Below are positions 1-7,846 of a DNA stretch of 10,491 bases, piece by piece; within the stretch, counting starts at the first letter, position 1; each line of letters begins with the position of its first letter. Source of the DNA: Desulfuromonadales bacterium (GTDB lineage: Bacteria; Desulfobacterota; Desulfuromonadia; Desulfuromonadales; SZUA-540); assembly GCA_033549025.1 (NCBI GenBank), contig JAWSUS010000041.1, positions 1-10,491 of the forward strand. Reading direction: 5' to 3'. The position numbers and the translations under genes are program-made. The notes under the pieces were generated by a model. It was not told the DNA's origin, searched no databases, and saw nothing but the letters and a program-made list of their open reading frames with translations.

Positions 1-7
1 CGGTCAT
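1..7 (-). CDS. 5' end of a divergently transcribed gene running off the window (product unknown)
   Basis: Minus strand reads AAGGAGGTTGAAA-ATG-ACC: near-perfect Shine-Dalgarno (plus 13-20 acctcctt) with ATG at plus 5-7. Only two codons are visible. Confidence 0.6.
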
Positions 8-92
8 TTTCAACCTCCTTGGACATGGGAATATTATCCCAAATCAGTGTCCAAGAAAACTGGAGCCGCCCCACAGGCTACAAAAGGAAAGG

Positions 93-518
93 TTGCGGCA
101 CTTTGTGAAACTTCTATTCAGTGATTTAAGATCGGGAACATCTGTGAAAAAGCTGCTGCCAGACCTGAGCAAATACCTTTTGGTCAGTGTTTTTGGCACG
201 TTGATTCATTATGGTCTCATGACGGTCCTGATCCAGCAATTTTCTGCAACCGTGTTGCCAGCTTCCACCGCAGGGGCGATAACAGGTGCCCTGATCATTT
301 ATCTTCTGAATTATTTCTGTACCTTTCACAGCCGAAAAAAACACCTGGAGTCAGTGTCCAGGTTTTTTCTTGTCGCCGCTTTGGGGTTGGTCATAAACGG
401 ACTCACCTTAAAAGCTATACTTGGCTGGCTGGGGGGGCACTATCTTATCGCTCAATGCCTTGCCACCGTCGCTGTTTTTGGATTCAGCTTCACCATAAAT
501 CGGACCTGGACGTTCTAA
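93..518 (+). CDS. GtrA-family membrane protein (putative undecaprenyl-phosphate-sugar flippase)
   Basis: About four hydrophobic segments; KYLLVSVFGTLIHYG, YLLNYFCTFHS, RFFLV and INRTWTF follow the GtrA pattern; lies directly upstream of a GT2. The start is uncertain (TTG 93 or in-frame GTG 144). Confidence 0.85.
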   Translation: MRHFVKLLFSDLRSGTSVKKLLPDLSKYLLVSVFGTLIHYGLMTVLIQQFSATVLPASTAGAITGALIIYLLNYFCTFHSRKKHLESVSRFFLVAALGLVINGLTLKAILGWLGGHYLIAQCLATVAVFGFSFTINRTWTF

Positions 519-530
519 AGGAGCCAGAAC

Positions 531-1568
531 ATGAGAAAACCGTCCCTCAACAAAGCGCCAAAGGCTGTTCAGAAAGAAACATTGCTGACGGTTGTGGTGC
601 CGGCCTACAACGAGCAGGAAGTCATCCTTGAATTCCACCGCAGGCTTTCCGCCGCCCTGGAAGAGGCCGACGTAGACCACGCGGAAATCCTCTATGTCAA
701 TGACGGCAGTCGCGACAATACCCTGCCCCTGCTGTTGGAGCTGATGAGAGAGGATCGGCGCATAGAGGTCCTTGATCTGAGCCGAAACTTCGGCAAGGAA
801 GCGGCGATGACGGCCGGGTTGGATCACGCTCAAGGTGATGCGGTGATCATGATCGACGCCGATTTGCAGGATCCGCCGGAACAGATTCCCGACATGGTCA
901 GAGAATGGCGTCAGGGTTTCGATGTGGTTTACATGCGGCGCCTTAGCCGGGAAGGGGAAACCTGGCTGAAAAAGACGACCGCCCGCGCTTTTTATACGCT
1001 CATGGCCCGTGTGAGTCGTGTCAAGGTGCCCGAGAATGTGGGTGATTTCCGCCTACTGAGCCGGCGGGCGGTCGATGCCTTGAAGCAGCTGCCTGAGCGG
1101 ACCCGGTTCATGAAGGGACTTTTCGCCTGGATCGGTTTTCCGGCGAAAGAGGTTCCCTACCACCGCGATCCCCGCTATGCAGGTGTCACCAAGTGGAACT
1201 ACTGGGGATTGTGGAATCTCGCTATCGAAGGAATAACCTCATTTACCGTGGCGCCTCTGAAAATAGCCAGCTACATCGGTTTTCTGACTTCGACGGCGGC
1301 GCTGCTTTACGGACTGTTTGTCCTGACCAAGGCGCTGTTATTCGGCGATCCGGTTCCTGGTTATCCAAGCCTGATGGTCGTGATTCTATTTCTGGGTGGC
1401 CTTCAGCTTCTGGCCATCGGCGTCGTTGGTGAGTACCTTGGGCGAATGTTTCTCGAAACCAAGCAGCGGCCCATTTACCTGGTGAACAGTCACCACCGTA
1501 CAGCCGTCGGGCGGGTTGGCCTGAAACCTTTCGATTTGGCCCGCAGGGAACTTGAGGCGTTATCATGA
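531..1568 (+). CDS. Glycosyltransferase family 2, GtrB/ArnC-like polyprenyl-phosphate glycosyltransferase
   Basis: VVVPAYNEQE, VNDGSRD, SRNFGKEAAMTAGL, IDADLQDPP (DxD), GDFRLLSRR, two C-terminal TM helices, GEYLGR. RBS AAGGAG at 518-523. Confidence 0.95.
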   Translation: MRKPSLNKAPKAVQKETLLTVVVPAYNEQEVILEFHRRLSAALEEADVDHAEILYVNDGSRDNTLPLLLELMREDRRIEVLDLSRNFGKEAAMTAGLDHAQGDAVIMIDADLQDPPEQIPDMVREWRQGFDVVYMRRLSREGETWLKKTTARAFYTLMARVSRVKVPENVGDFRLLSRRAVDALKQLPERTRFMKGLFAWIGFPAKEVPYHRDPRYAGVTKWNYWGLWNLAIEGITSFTVAPLKIASYIGFLTSTAALLYGLFVLTKALLFGDPVPGYPSLMVVILFLGGLQLLAIGVVGEYLGRMFLETKQRPIYLVNSHHRTAVGRVGLKPFDLARRELEALS

Positions 1569-3130
1569 AATTCCAATTGACATCGATTCAACGTAAGGTG
1601 CTCTGGTCGTTGTTCGCGGTGGTAGCGATAGTTCGTTTGTTGTCGCTGGGAAGCTATCCGCTGGCCGACACCACCGAGGCGCGCTATGGCGAAATCGCCC
1701 GGCTTATGGCAGAGACGGGGAATTGGATCACGCCGCAGATTCATCAGGGTGTTCCTTTCTGGGGAAAGCCCCCTTTGTCGACCTGGCTTTCGGCCCTTTC
1801 CATTCGCTTATTTGGAGTGAATGAGTTTGCCATTCGCTTGCCGTCGTTTCTACTGGCTCTTCTTGTTCTCGCCATGGTTTATTTCATCGCCGTCAGACAG
1901 CGTGGGCGAGATTTCGCCCTGGTGGCGACCGTTGTCCTGACCCTCTCGGTTCTTTTCTTCGTCAGCAGTGGGGCGGTCATGACCGATTCCGCCCTGCTTT
2001 TAGGCACGACACTTTCCATGATCGCCTTTTGGCGGATCATGACGTCAGAGGAACTCAGTGCCCTAGTTTGGGGGTATCTCTTTTTTGTCGGTCTGGCAAT
2101 CGGCCTCCTTGCCAAGGGCCCGGTGGCTTTGATTCTTGTCGGGCTGCCAGTGGGGGGCTGGGTCGTCTGGCAAAGACAGTGGGACCAGGTCTGGCACCGC
2201 CTTCCCTGGTTCTCGGGTCTTGCGCTTTGTTTTGCCTTGAGCGCACCCTGGTATTATCTGGCGGAATTAAAAACCCCGGGGTTTCTCGATTATTTCTTGA
2301 TTGGTGAACACTGGAAGCGCTTTATGGTTTCAGGCTGGCAGGGTGATCTTTACGGCAATGCCCACTCTCGGCCCCTTGGGACCATCTGGCTGTACTGGCT
2401 GGCAACAGCGCTGCCGTGGTCCCTGGTTTTGCTCGTCTCTTTTTTCAGGAAAGAGTTCCGACAAAAGGCTGTCTTTTTGCTCCGGCGCCGCGACGGCTGG
2501 GGGGTGTATCTGGTGCTGTGGTCTGTCGCCCCCATGGTGTTTTTCACCTTGGCCGGCAACATTCTGTGGACTTATGTCCTTCCAGGCCTCCCGGCCTTTG
2601 CCTTGCTTGTCGCTGAGTTGATGTTGCCGGGCCAGCCCGAGAGTACGGTAAAAACGATTTCGCCTGATCCTGGTGTCGGGAAAGTGATTGGGATAGCGGT
2701 CACCACCACGCTTTTGTTTGTATCGGCGTGGATGTTGATAGCGGGCCAAATTGTTCCGCCCAGAAAATGCCAAAAGGGACTGATTACAACTTACCAGGCT
2801 GCCCGGGCCGAGTCGGCCGGAGACTTGATCTATCTGTTCAAACGGCCTCACTCTGCCGAGTTCTACTCCCGGGGCCAAGCGATTTTAGTGGAACAGCCCG
2901 CAGAGGTGGAACGGTATTTTCAAAACAGTATCGATGATTACTTCGCGATCAAAAAAGGGGACTTGAAGCGGCTGCCCGCGGAAACTCGCAACCGTGTAAC
3001 AAAGATCGGCGAGTTCAACGGCTACTATCTTTTGAAGGAAAAATCACGTTATGATGAAGAAAAGAATTCCCGGCTTCTCCCGGAAAGCCCTGGGGCTTTC
3101 CGGGAGAAGCCGGAAGTTGGAATCATTTGA
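1565..3130 (+). CDS. ArnT/PMT-family (GT-C fold) integral membrane glycosyltransferase
   Basis: DTTEARYGEIARLM, WITP, FWGKPPLSTW, EFAIRLPS, LLAKGP, PWY, YVLP motifs and many TM segments. ATGA overlap with the GT2 stop. Confidence 0.92.
   Translation: MKFQLTSIQRKVLWSLFAVVAIVRLLSLGSYPLADTTEARYGEIARLMAETGNWITPQIHQGVPFWGKPPLSTWLSALSIRLFGVNEFAIRLPSFLLALLVLAMVYFIAVRQRGRDFALVATVVLTLSVLFFVSSGAVMTDSALLLGTTLSMIAFWRIMTSEELSALVWGYLFFVGLAIGLLAKGPVALILVGLPVGGWVVWQRQWDQVWHRLPWFSGLALCFALSAPWYYLAELKTPGFLDYFLIGEHWKRFMVSGWQGDLYGNAHSRPLGTIWLYWLATALPWSLVLLVSFFRKEFRQKAVFLLRRRDGWGVYLVLWSVAPMVFFTLAGNILWTYVLPGLPAFALLVAELMLPGQPESTVKTISPDPGVGKVIGIAVTTTLLFVSAWMLIAGQIVPPRKCQKGLITTYQAARAESAGDLIYLFKRPHSAEFYSRGQAILVEQPAEVERYFQNSIDDYFAIKKGDLKRLPAETRNRVTKIGEFNGYYLLKEKSRYDEEKNSRLLPESPGAFREKPEVGII
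3070..3113. repeat. Perfect 21-bp inverted repeat with a 2-nt spacer inside the 3' end of the ArnT-like gene
   Basis: ccggcttctcccggaaagccc (3070-3090), tg, gggctttccgggagaagccgg (3093-3113) are exact reverse complements. Confidence 0.95.
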
Positions 3131-3138
3131 GAGGGAGT

Positions 3139-3816
3139 ATGAGAGTTCTGCTTATTGAGGATGACGATCGAACCGCCGACTTTGTTTCCAAGGGGTATCA
3201 ACAAGCCGGGTATGCAGTGGATCGTGCAGCTAACGGGGTAGATGGCTTGTTTATGGCCTCTCATACCCCTTACGATATTGCGGTGATCGATATTATGCTG
3301 CCCCGGCTGGACGGGCTGACGGTTATCGAAAAGCTCCGTGAGCAAAAGCTCAGCCTCCCCATAATTGTCGTGAGTGCGAAAAAGTCCATTGACGACAGAA
3401 TTCTGGGACTTCAATCCGGCAGCGATGACTATCTTGTCAAACCCTTTGCCTTCTCTGAGTTGTTGGCCCGTACCCAGGCCTTGCTGCGCCGGGTCAACCA
3501 TATCGCTGAACCCATGACTCTCCAGGTCGACGACCTGGAGATGGACGTGGTCCGACGCAAAGTTTTTCGCTCCGGTCGCGAAATCGACCTGCAGCATCGG
3601 GAATTCGCCCTGCTCGAGTATCTGATGCGCAACGCTGGCCGGGTCGTTTCCAAGGCCATGATTATGGAGCACGTGTGGGATTATAATTTTGACCCCGAGA
3701 CCAACGTGGTCGAGTCCCGTATTTGCCGCCTGCGTGATAAAATAGATCGTTCTTTTTCGCGTCAGCTCATCCATACGGTGCGTGGCGTCGGTTACCTTCT
3801 TGAGGCCAGGGGGTAG
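3139..3816 (+). CDS. OmpR/PhoB-family response regulator (CusR/CzcR-like)
   Basis: Receiver motifs LLIEDD, IDIMLP (phospho-Asp) and DDYLVKPF; winged helix with REFALLEYL, VW, NVVESRICRLRDKID, IHTVRGVGY. ATG 3139 after GAGGGAG is preferred over TTG 3127. Confidence 0.95.
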   Translation: MRVLLIEDDDRTADFVSKGYQQAGYAVDRAANGVDGLFMASHTPYDIAVIDIMLPRLDGLTVIEKLREQKLSLPIIVVSAKKSIDDRILGLQSGSDDYLVKPFAFSELLARTQALLRRVNHIAEPMTLQVDDLEMDVVRRKVFRSGREIDLQHREFALLEYLMRNAGRVVSKAMIMEHVWDYNFDPETNVVESRICRLRDKIDRSFSRQLIHTVRGVGYLLEARG

Positions 3817-3817
3817 T

Positions 3818-5197
3818 ATGATACGCAGTCTGAGCGTACAGCTGACCCTCCGCTTTCTGGTGCTTTTTACCTTTCTTTTTTTATCGGCGTTCACCTTTGT
3901 CTATTGGCACCTGAAGTCAACTCTGCACGACAAGATTGATGAAACGCTCACCAAGAATGCTTTCGAGATCGCCAAAACTCTTCGGACTGAAGGTCTGAAA
4001 GAAGCGATCAAGGAAGTCCATCTTGAAGCGGAGGCCGAGGGAGTCGGCCGCGTCTTTATTCGCTTTTTTACGCCCGAACAGGAATTGATCACAACTTCGG
4101 ATTTGACAGCATGGTCGGAGCTGAACGTCAAGCCCAGGAAACCGGCCTCGGAAACCGGCCAGGTGTTAGATACTATCACCCTGCCTGGAAGACATCATCA
4201 GGTCCGTCTTCTGCATCAGGGCCTCGACGGAGGGTATCTCCTTCAGATGGGTTTTCTGCTGAAAGAGGATGATCGGCTGCTCGAAGACTTCCGTAGTATT
4301 TTTGCTATCGCATTCGCCATAATGATCCTGGGCGGCGCTCTGTCTGGCTATTTAATTTCCAGGCGGGCCATGAAGGGTGTGGAACGGATCAGGCAAACCG
4401 CCGACCGGATAGGCCAGGGAGACTTTTCTCATCGGGTGGAGCTGGAGAAAGACGGTGAAGAAATCGAGAATTTGGGGCGGGCCTTCAACCAGATGCAGGA
4501 TCGAATCCAGGTTCTCATCGGCGAATTAAAGGATGTCACCAACAATATTGCCCACGACCTGCGAAGTCCTCTGACGAGGATCCGCGGTCTGGCCGAGACG
4601 ACACTGACAGGGAAACAAGAGCTGGCCGAGTACCGGAATATGGCCGGGACAATCATCGAAGAGAGCGACAGGATGGTCGGCATGGTCAACACCATGCTCG
4701 AAATCGCTGAAACCGATGCCGGGATTCGCGAGATCCCAAAAATATCAGTGAATCTGGGGGATATTGTAATCGATGTCGGGGAACTGTTCTCCACTGTTGC
4801 CGAGGATAAGGGGGTCGAGCTCCAGGTTTTGGTCGCTTCCGCGCCTTTATGTGTTCAGGGTGATCGACCCAGGCTGCAAAGGGCTGTCGCCAATCTCCTT
4901 GACAATGCGATTAAATATACTCCAGCGGGGGGAAGGGTGACTATCCAGGCCGAGGCGGAAGGGGCTCAGACCCTTATTTCCATCGCGGATACCGGCATTG
5001 GTATTCCGGCCCAAGAGCAAAAGTCGATCTTTAACCGGTTTTACCGGCTGGACCAGAGCCGCTCCACCCCTGGGGCTGGGTTAGGACTCAGCCTGGTACA
5101 GGCGGTGGTCAGGGCGCACGGCGGAATGGTACAAGTTGAAAGCGAGGTTGGACGGGGTAGCGTCTTTACTATTAGACTGCCGAGGAAACCGATATAA
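3818..5197 (+). CDS. Two-TM HAMP sensor histidine kinase (CusS/CzcS-like)
   Basis: Two TM helices around a periplasmic domain, HAMP (EIENLGRAFNQM), H-box IAHDLRSPL, N-box NLLDNAIKYT, G1 DTGIGI, F-box IFNRFYR, G2 GAGLGLSLV. ATG 3818 lies 1 nt after the regulator stop. Confidence 0.95.
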   Translation: MIRSLSVQLTLRFLVLFTFLFLSAFTFVYWHLKSTLHDKIDETLTKNAFEIAKTLRTEGLKEAIKEVHLEAEAEGVGRVFIRFFTPEQELITTSDLTAWSELNVKPRKPASETGQVLDTITLPGRHHQVRLLHQGLDGGYLLQMGFLLKEDDRLLEDFRSIFAIAFAIMILGGALSGYLISRRAMKGVERIRQTADRIGQGDFSHRVELEKDGEEIENLGRAFNQMQDRIQVLIGELKDVTNNIAHDLRSPLTRIRGLAETTLTGKQELAEYRNMAGTIIEESDRMVGMVNTMLEIAETDAGIREIPKISVNLGDIVIDVGELFSTVAEDKGVELQVLVASAPLCVQGDRPRLQRAVANLLDNAIKYTPAGGRVTIQAEAEGAQTLISIADTGIGIPAQEQKSIFNRFYRLDQSRSTPGAGLGLSLVQAVVRAHGGMVQVESEVGRGSVFTIRLPRKPI

Positions 5198-5238
5198 ATC
5201 AGGCTTGTGTAAAGGGCAAAACACTTGTTTGTTTAATT

Positions 5239-7053
5239 TTATCCATGATGGGTCTGAATAATTTGCTTAAAAGCATCGTAAATTTTTTCGCCAAAAGCGA
5301 TGTGATCCTTGCCTCTATGCTGCATACTCTGTTTAGGATAAGGATAGATAATCCCATCATTATCCCAAACCCCATTGAGTATTGTCGCGGCGGCAACCAT
5401 ATCACGCAAAACGGGAATAGCATCATCGTCAGAATCATAACCTGCAGCAACCAGGAGAAACTTAAATTTGTCGGCAGGCCGCTTTTCAAATTCCAAGAGA
5501 TAGCAAATCCCCTCTTCAAAGTATATTTTAGCTGTAAAAACAATGCGCTTTCGCTTTTTCCTTTTCAAAAGATAAGTGAAGGGGCCAAGTTTACGCTGTT
5601 GATACTCCGTAGGTAGAAAACTTAGGGTGTGCTCCTTGAAAAAGGCCACCAACCCGAATAAGGAGATGGTTTCCCAGCGCCATCTCTTTTCGGCGCTCAA
5701 GCGCTCTAAGTAGTCGATGGTTTTTAGCAACGTCCACGTATTATCCTGGCCATCTGTTTCGTGCTCAGTCTCTAAATTCACCTGGCCTACAGGCCAATCA
5801 TGGCCCTCGGGGTCACCTGTCGACCAAAGTACCTCTGCGGGGTCGAATCTCACCATCGGCGGCGGTGCCCCTTTTCTTCCGATATACTCGTTTTTTGTGT
5901 TAAAGACGCGGGTCAACTTTTTCCGCTGAAGATCTAGGAATTGTCTGACTGGAGTGATGGGATTTGCTCTTATGTTCTGCACCCAGGAAGGGTCATCATG
6001 GTGGGTGTTCCCGAGATCCCAGTCGGTCTTGTCGATAGGTTCCTTCTGTGGACGATTTCCCCCTTCGCTCTGTTTTTTCCCTTCAGGGTTTCCATCTCCT
6101 GGGATTCCGTCATTGTCTCGGTCGTATTCCAAGTCTTCGAAGGGAAATTTCCCAGAACAGCTCAGTATCCTGAAAACCAAAAACCTTCTTTTGCCCATGG
6201 AATGGATGAATTTCCCTTGGAGGGACAATTTGGTCTCGCCTTCAAAAGGGAACTTCGCGACAAGGCTGGGCGGAGCTTCGTTTATGGCGGCCCGTTGGGC
6301 TGTCTTATAGATCGCCCTGGCTTCGAAGTCAGCCTTTTGAGAGAACGCGATTCGAGCAATTACCCAAGCATCAATTCCATCCATAGCGGCGCGCAATCGC
6401 AAGTGGGACAAGCCAGGTTCTTTGGCCGGTCGCATTTCGTTCGGATAGGTCTCGCTGGGATTGTACAGAGGGTTTGAAACCGACTCCATGTCTCCGCGGA
6501 GAATTAGCTTTGATAGTTTGGAGCTCAAGCCATAATAGAAGCGAAAAATCTCAGCACAAGGAATGAGAACGGCTAAAGGGACATTTTTATAGTTAATCGC
6601 AAGAATTTTCCCCAAACGAAAAGCTGAGCCATGCCCGATGAAATGCTCGGCACTTATGAGGTATTTACCGTTTTGACTATAACTGGACGAAACAACCTCG
6701 GTGGTTTCGTCTGAAATGTAAGTAGGAGATAAGTTAATCTTTTCTGGCTGATGCCAGGGTTTGCTTGAAGGTTTCCCGTACTGCCAAAACGAACCGATAT
6801 ACAGCTTAGGAAAGTATCCTACACGAATATTTTCAACCACGGTTTTCTGATGGTCAACGGCATTGTTATGGAAGGGGTCAGGGGAGCGCTTTCGCCAATC
6901 GTCGTGAAGAGGCTTGAATACTACCAATATCCGGGGTTCGGTTTTATGAAGACCGAGTCCACCAAACCAATCCAGACGCCATATGCGACCATCCATTATC
7001 GGCGACAGTTTTTCGCCGCTCCATCTTTGCTCACCTAGAATTGAAAATGCCAT
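5239..7053 (-). CDS. TnsE-like protein (remote homolog of the Tn7 target-selection protein)
   Basis: 604-aa ORF with RBS GAGGG. Its motif series is colinear with Tn7 TnsE as I recall it: PRILVVFKPL~WRIFVWFNPM, LIPCAEIFRFYY~HIPQLELARSLF, TKLSLQGK..FLVFRIL~WKLHVKGR..YLVEEIV, a charged linker, WSTGDP~VSTDEP, RIVFTAKI..CYLLEFE~RVIKAVGV..FVLLEVD, and terminal W...H. Comparison by eye only. Confidence 0.7.
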   Translation of the reverse strand: MAFSILGEQRWSGEKLSPIMDGRIWRLDWFGGLGLHKTEPRILVVFKPLHDDWRKRSPDPFHNNAVDHQKTVVENIRVGYFPKLYIGSFWQYGKPSSKPWHQPEKINLSPTYISDETTEVVSSSYSQNGKYLISAEHFIGHGSAFRLGKILAINYKNVPLAVLIPCAEIFRFYYGLSSKLSKLILRGDMESVSNPLYNPSETYPNEMRPAKEPGLSHLRLRAAMDGIDAWVIARIAFSQKADFEARAIYKTAQRAAINEAPPSLVAKFPFEGETKLSLQGKFIHSMGKRRFLVFRILSCSGKFPFEDLEYDRDNDGIPGDGNPEGKKQSEGGNRPQKEPIDKTDWDLGNTHHDDPSWVQNIRANPITPVRQFLDLQRKKLTRVFNTKNEYIGRKGAPPPMVRFDPAEVLWSTGDPEGHDWPVGQVNLETEHETDGQDNTWTLLKTIDYLERLSAEKRWRWETISLFGLVAFFKEHTLSFLPTEYQQRKLGPFTYLLKRKKRKRIVFTAKIYFEEGICYLLEFEKRPADKFKFLLVAAGYDSDDDAIPVLRDMVAAATILNGVWDNDGIIYPYPKQSMQHRGKDHIAFGEKIYDAFKQIIQTHHG

Positions 7054-7199
7054 TGTTTTCCCTCTGAAGAACCAGGAAAAAGCCAGTTTCAGTTGGCAAA
7101 AAAAGGGGCTAGATTAAATTTTGAGGGCACCGAAAAGGAAAATCCAAAAGCCAGAGATATCGGCAAGGATGACATCTTTAGCATGAACAGTCCTCGGCA

Positions 7200-7252
7200 A
7201 AGATAAAAATACCCACCGGCAAGGAAGGTGGCAGTTCTCCCTCGCCGGTGAG
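7200..7252 (-). terminator. Probable intrinsic terminator after the 72-aa gene
   Basis: Imperfect GC-rich stem caccggcaagg / cctcgccggtg, followed on the minus strand by GGTATTTTTATCTTT, just past the stop at 7269. Confidence 0.5.
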
Positions 7253-7268
7253 CAGGCATGCGTTGTGC

Positions 7269-7487
7269 TCAGCTAGTGTGGCAAGGCCTGCAGCAGTAAA
7301 TGCAACCATTGACCCTTGCCGTGGGCCATTTTTGTTTTGCAAGAGCGACGGCTCCATGACATGACGTGTGAGTTCCAAGATCGATTTGATTCGCTGCGGC
7401 TGGCATAAAAGAACAACCGGTGGAGGCGTTATGAACCTCATGATCTCCGTTTGACTGAGGATTTTTATTTAGGACGAATCTGGGCAT
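7269..7487 (-). CDS. Small Cys/His-rich conserved hypothetical protein (72 aa, probably metal-binding)
   Basis: AGGAG 8 nt before ATG 7487. The sequence N..Q.NGDHEVH...GC..MP...N...LG....C..AV..AK......NGC.YC...CH matches a small uncharacterised protein type I recall from accessory regions. Confidence 0.85.
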   Translation of the reverse strand: MPRFVLNKNPQSNGDHEVHNASTGCSFMPAAANQIDLGTHTSCHGAVALAKQKWPTARVNGCIYCCRPCHTS

Positions 7488-7678
7488 AATTTTGACTCCT
7501 ATAGCGTTCAAGCTAAAGCTTTTTGATTGACGTTGCCGTGGACAGTAAAAGATCCCAGTGCAGGCTGGGCTTCGTTTGCTGTCACCGGGCTCTCATGTCT
7601 TGGGGGTTTGATTTTTGAGGAGTTTTGCAGTTTACGGTGACATGGGTACCTCCTTCGACAATAGCCGCAATTTGCGGG

Positions 7679-7707
7679 TTGCGATGCCGAAGGAGGTGGG
7701 GTATAGT
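7679..7707 (+). promoter_or_regulatory. sigma70-type promoter of a putative antisense RNA
   Basis: TTGCGA (7679-7684), 17 bp, TATAGT (7702-7707). Confidence 0.6.
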
Positions 7708-7713
7708 TGCCAA

Positions 7714-7805
7714 CGTCAAACGCCAGTTGGCCGATTCCCCCTCCTTCGGTCACCATGGTTTTAAGAGCCCCTGCGATGCCCTGCCCGGCAACGTAGGGGC
7801 TTTTT
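7714..7805 (+). ncRNA. Putative ~90-nt cis-antisense (counter-transcribed) RNA
   Basis: Bounded by the promoter above and the terminator below; fully complementary to the 5' leader of the leftward transcript predicted to start near 7806. Start position is inferred. Confidence 0.5.
7763..7805 (+). terminator. Intrinsic terminator
   Basis: agcccctgcgatgcc (7766-7780) pairs with ggcaacgtaggggct (7787-7801), with one G-U and one mismatch, followed by a T run. Confidence 0.8.
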
Positions 7806-7812
7806 CATTGCC

Positions 7813-7840
7813 ACGCTACCATATACGGAAAACCTGTCAA
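7813..7840 (-). promoter_or_regulatory. Leftward sigma70-type promoter
   Basis: Minus strand TTGACA (7840-7835), 16 bp, TAGCGT (7818-7813) with an extended TGn element. Confidence 0.55.
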
Positions 7841-7846
7841 GATAAA

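Noticed and set aside
126..4794. Many alternative-frame and antisense ORFs (e.g. 408-833, 2330-2878, 3049-3894, 4429-4794)
   Set aside because: They overlap well-supported genes and show no motifs; expected shadow ORFs in GC-rich coding DNA.
5199..7038. ORFs overlapping the TnsE-like gene (5199-5543, 5245-5616, 5941-6477 and others)
   Set aside because: Nested in or antisense to a 604-aa ORF, with no RBS or recognisable features.
7707..7796. Possible type I toxin peptide after the + strand AAGGAGGT (TTG start, 29 aa)
   Set aside because: The peptide is Pro-rich rather than hydrophobic, and the SD lies inside the promoter spacer so would not be in that transcript; it is better explained as the minus-strand anti-SD.
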